64,000 bases of DNA from Atopobiaceae bacterium (lineage in GTDB: Bacteria > Actinomycetota > Coriobacteriia > Coriobacteriales > Atopobiaceae), in the NCBI GenBank assembly GCA_017652285.1, contig JAGCBF010000345.1, positions 8,028 through 72,027 on the forward strand, written 5' to 3'. Below are positions 62,501-64,000 of this stretch, piece by piece. The position numbers and the translations under genes are program-made. Each line of letters opens with the position of its first letter. The stretch's first letter is position 1. Below the pieces are notes generated by a model that saw only the letters and a list, made by a program, of their open reading frames with translations, was not told where the DNA came from and ran no database searches.

Positions 62501-64000
62501 TTTCGGTCACGTCGGTGGAAAAGTACCAGCCAACGGTCACCTTTGACGGCAAGGACGGAAAGACCAAGTACTACGTGACCTACAAGACGTCTGGCAAAAA
62601 GACGACCATTACCAATACGGCGGTTCTCGACGTGTCCATTTGGAAGCGCTGGCTCATGTTTGGCGACGCCAAGAAGCCCGAAAGCGTCAACCTCATGCTG
62701 TTTGGCCGCTCCAAGGTGGCGGAAGGTCAGGACGGCGTGCCGTACCTGCCGGTGTACGACGCCCTGTACGGCGACATCAAAAACGCCATGGACCTTGCAG
62801 ACATGATCGGCCTCAAGGACGTGCTGCTCATGATTCCGGGCGTGACGGAACAAAAAGTAAACGAATACCTTAAGCTCGGCTTGGCCGTGGCCAAGGTCAA
62901 GGCCGACAAGGACTCGCCCAACAGCCTGCTTAAGGGCTGGAACGCCCACTTTGGCGTGCGCAAGTACGATAAGACGGGCAACGAGCGCGAGTATTTGGGC
63001 GCCGAGATGGTCACCGGCTTTATGAAGCTCGCGACCGACGCGCTGCTGGGCGTGGACTTCCCGGTTATGATCCAGCCCTTCTCGCCGCGCTACTTCACCC
63101 TGTTTGGCAAGGCGTACAAGATTCCCGTGATCTGCGCAGACTGGGAGCGCACCTGCAACGTCATCAATACCTGGCTCAGCGCGAACTTCGAGGTCGGCCG
63201 GGTGGTTGGCGGCAGCAAGTACTGGGACGACAACAACGCGTCGGATCGGCCCAGCGAGGTCACGCTGCACGTGTATGCCAAGGAAGAGGACGGCAGCAAG
63301 ACCGAGGTAACCGGTTCGCCCGTTAAGGTAAAGGCTTCCGACGGATGGGTGTGGAGCCTGGCGATTCCCAAGGGAGACAAGTCCGAGGGCAAGGAACTCA
63401 GCCTGGAGGAAGAGGTGCCGGAGGGCTACTCGGTCACCTACGACGGGTGCGACGTCTTTAACAAGAAGGGCGGCGCCGAGGTCATAACGGTAAAGGGCAA
63501 AAAGACGTGGGACGACAGCAACGATTCGGCAAAGAAGCGCCCGGCGTCGATCAAGATCCACCTGCTGGCCGACGGCACGGAGGTCGATTCTCGCACCGTT
63601 ACCGCAAGCAATGGCTGGACGTGGGCCTTCTCTAACCTTGCCAAGCAAAAGGACGGCAAGGACATCGCCTACACCATAACCGAGGATGCCGTTACCGACT
63701 ACACCACCAAGGTCAATGGCCACGACGTGCGCAACACGTACAAGCCGGCGACGATCAAGGTCAGCGTTAGCAAAAAGTGGGATGACGCCAACGACCAGGA
63801 CGGCAAGCGGCCCAGCTCCGTTACCGTTCGTCTGCGTGCCGACGGCACCGACACGGGCAAGACGCTCAAGCTGAGCGCGAGCAACGGCTGGCGTGGGACC
63901 TTTGAGGGCCTGGTCAAGCAAAAGGACGGCAAGGACATCGCCTATACCGTGACGGAAAACGCGGTGTCGGGCTACACCAACTCGATTTCGGGGTCCGCCA
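56518..64000 (+). CDS. Giant Cna-B-repeat surface protein, first 2494 codons (runs off the window end)
   Basis: ATG 56518 has GGGAGG upstream. The frame stays open to the window end, so it is absent from the track. I spot-checked the frame at 58441, 62581 and 63961. The signal peptide is MKHIGRYRQVLCFAMVLLLCILVRPQAAYA. There are many ~95-aa repeats of the type VxVxKxWDDxDNxDGxRPxSVTVxLxADG....NxWxxTFxxLPKxxDGKxIxYTVxExxVxGY....ITNTY. Confidence 0.92.
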   Translation, partial: MKHIGRYRQVLCFAMVLLLCILVRPQAAYADQTNLRVQFFDADTGELIPARGGESSYAAAITKTNRTSTQEYGRTTEYSHGYYHTSESLVGYSHQAVGWAVPGDGDFVLLPHLLMNSNVVYDTCTYDIVVRAPIDYEAVFPGWFSIDEKPLNTYDTRVTVPNSRLTRTGTGEYLLKVNLKKKTSAHLNIQIPNLQELKQAGFAFELRYYAGFDKQATSADMQTCATNDSGNVLSVAASRVELGQYALVVTNPHGESYVAAEFWLEPLRIPRVDPSIKSALGFEQYGLFTQPYRNWDTVVGQEDADRMKTVLDAMHLSYSGNKMNIELIDVENKWTRVVPKDGTTNITEVYPEYKTHVFRGHTLKLDLDLHPVTIKKEWPEGAQRPNEVTVEYQSQGGMSGTVVLNESNGWSKAVALFGHDVTTFTEKESTDAYKPASWVLSGVLDGASAQTSVTLPTSQDAYTARIDTKEGTGVEGRAGLSADDMAAATKLIASNTSTLTLSNQTSKVFHVQKNWEIDNGQTDKPQSITVALQRRDDVAKKWVSVAQKRLSDANQWKESFVVGDSGTGSQTYRIRELSETAQTVWSQSDVDAPQTKSVLERLQEWDDMWRRDYSGSNIAALTALVNGRDNMYVPTVVYKVGDSETKYYASYSVDESGTTTTITDTAVLDVSVNKRWLKFGDARIPSSVYLMLLGRDASAEGAQGATYQPVYDALYGNVMANPFTINELKDTLIDASIDPNEVNARLRSGIALGEAAPNGDLSKSWRAQFGVRKYGPSGTEREYLGAELVTGFAKVVEGGITGSDQPVMVQNANPRYFSVFGHAYEVSSLCKGYERVANVINTRVPSDEDDPGRVIGGTKYWNDSGNVVKRPQTLTLHVYAEDTDGSKTEVTGSPVTVRASDGWVWSLALPKGDAAEGKQLVMEEEIPAGYNVGNRRMYDIENAYVGDNATDVIHKSGKIVWEDDDDAEKKRPAQVRVRIKADGEEFDSRIVTKDNGWNWTFPNLPKQRDGKDITYTVEEDPIPGYGTTVDDDGAMITITNRYEDRRITVTVNKVWKDNDDADGNRQSVIAWLLADGERIRHTRLSKSENWQGSFKDLPEYQNGKKIAYTVEEAEGLPLYSASVSGSVEKGFTITNTYQPTMLRIDVRKVWVDNDDQDHKRPESVTVELRAFGAKTGKTLTLSPSNDWKGTFEAPRHLRLRVADYSVTEDAVEGYKQRVTGDMESGFVITNTRNWDAEKVPVRGTKIWDDADNQDGLRPKSITVHLLADGEEKESKTVSAANGWTWDFGEQPKYKDDGRTQITYTVTEDVVPGYGRTDDAPAGNYDITNTHVPETVEVTGKKDWDDDDDAAHKRPEHLTVFLYGDGVELDDDEISAEDDWTWKFVDLPKYDQGKLINYTVSEEAVVDYMAEVEDYDITNTYVPDTTSVTVHKVWDDANNQDGKRPQDVTVRLIAQADDEEGEHEAANVQLSDANKWTHTFEKVDADKTYVLKEDAVEGYTTEVTGNQWEGFVVRNTYKPQTTSVKAIKKWDDDDDAAHKRPDSVVVKLLANGAEKRTKTLTADDEWQYAFNELPAYEKGNRIAYDVTEEAVSDYKPSYERTDDEGSGRTVTITNKYAPETTSVTVRKVWDDDNDALGTRPKNVQVELLADGEDTDKSVTLDAENEWAATFDDLEKQKDGKDVAYTVKEVSGLPDGYTSRVEGDATSGFAITNTFDAQTMSITVTKTWEDDDNKDGKRPESVTIHLKADDVEQGEPVNLSSDNEWSHTFDGLPQNKDGKEIDYTVTEDEVEGYKTEVSGSAAEGFTVTNSLDTEESEGYEVEKVWDIDALKQDRPDSITVALQQMEKPKNEGGGEEKKDPTWKTVATAELNTGNGWKATLNPPKQDGEGEGSEAGGNEGQDEGQNKEEEKPTYRVRELKGDAESDPVWAKTDADAKTTKTLAEVLRDPKTWENIDEGKLGEDAKGLLNNIKDAALSPSTWYDFWENGVDQKKLDKLLSVTSVEKYQPTVTFDGKDGKTKYYVTYKTSGKKTTITNTAVLDVSIWKRWLMFGDAKKPESVNLMLFGRSKVAEGQDGVPYLPVYDALYGDIKNAMDLADMIGLKDVLLMIPGVTEQKVNEYLKLGLAVAKVKADKDSPNSLLKGWNAHFGVRKYDKTGNEREYLGAEMVTGFMKLATDALLGVDFPVMIQPFSPRYFTLFGKAYKIPVICADWERTCNVINTWLSANFEVGRVVGGSKYWDDNNASDRPSEVTLHVYAKEEDGSKTEVTGSPVKVKASDGWVWSLAIPKGDKSEGKELSLEEEVPEGYSVTYDGCDVFNKKGGAEVITVKGKKTWDDSNDSAKKRPASIKIHLLADGTEVDSRTVTASNGWTWAFSNLAKQKDGKDIAYTITEDAVTDYTTKVNGHDVRNTYKPATIKVSVSKKWDDANDQDGKRPSSVTVRLRADGTDTGKTLKLSASNGWRGTFEGLVKQKDGKDIAYTVTENAVSGYTNSISGSA

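Overview
64-kb chromosomal window from a high-GC Gram-positive bacterium. The fhaA-fhaB-pstP-rodA/pbpA-pknB cluster marks it as Actinomycetota, and the gene style and adhesin types suggest Coriobacteriia, which is inference only. I call about 33 protein genes and 4 tRNAs: Gly-CCC, Lys-TTT, Arg-CCT and Leu-CAG. Housekeeping genes are an M29 aminopeptidase, argG, argH, purB, purC, serS and glgB. Signalling genes include a membrane sensor fused to a PP2C phosphatase and an RsbW-like ATPase, a large GGDEF/EAL protein, an OmpR-type two-component pair, and the Ser/Thr kinase and FHA division cluster. In that cluster, RodA and the class-B PBP are one fused 957-aa reading frame. There is also an xpaC / substrate-binding-vWA / telA operon. 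The accessory content is dominated by three very large surface-protein genes. One is partial at 1..1401. One is a 2773-aa YDG/MBG/ChW protein at 38790..47111. One is a Cna-B protein of more than 2494 aa, running off the window end from 56518. The last of these sits directly downstream of a bacteriocin-type export triad (short HlyD-like protein, C39-peptidase ABC transporter, second ABC transporter) for which I can find no precursor peptide. Intergenic DNA is unusually structured. A 29-nt REP-like hairpin occurs at least 11 times. A family of ~50-nt imperfect palindromes is phased at 72 bp. There is a 400-bp palindrome, an 11-bp phased array, a 26-bp motif array and a cluster of overlapping TGTCGC palindromes. 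Two mirrored repeat arrays bracket tRNA-Gly inside a 2.9-kb almost gene-free tract. No CRISPR array, rRNA, transposase or integrase was recognised. All calls come from reading the sequence and the ORF track. No database search was run, so family names are motif-based recognitions.
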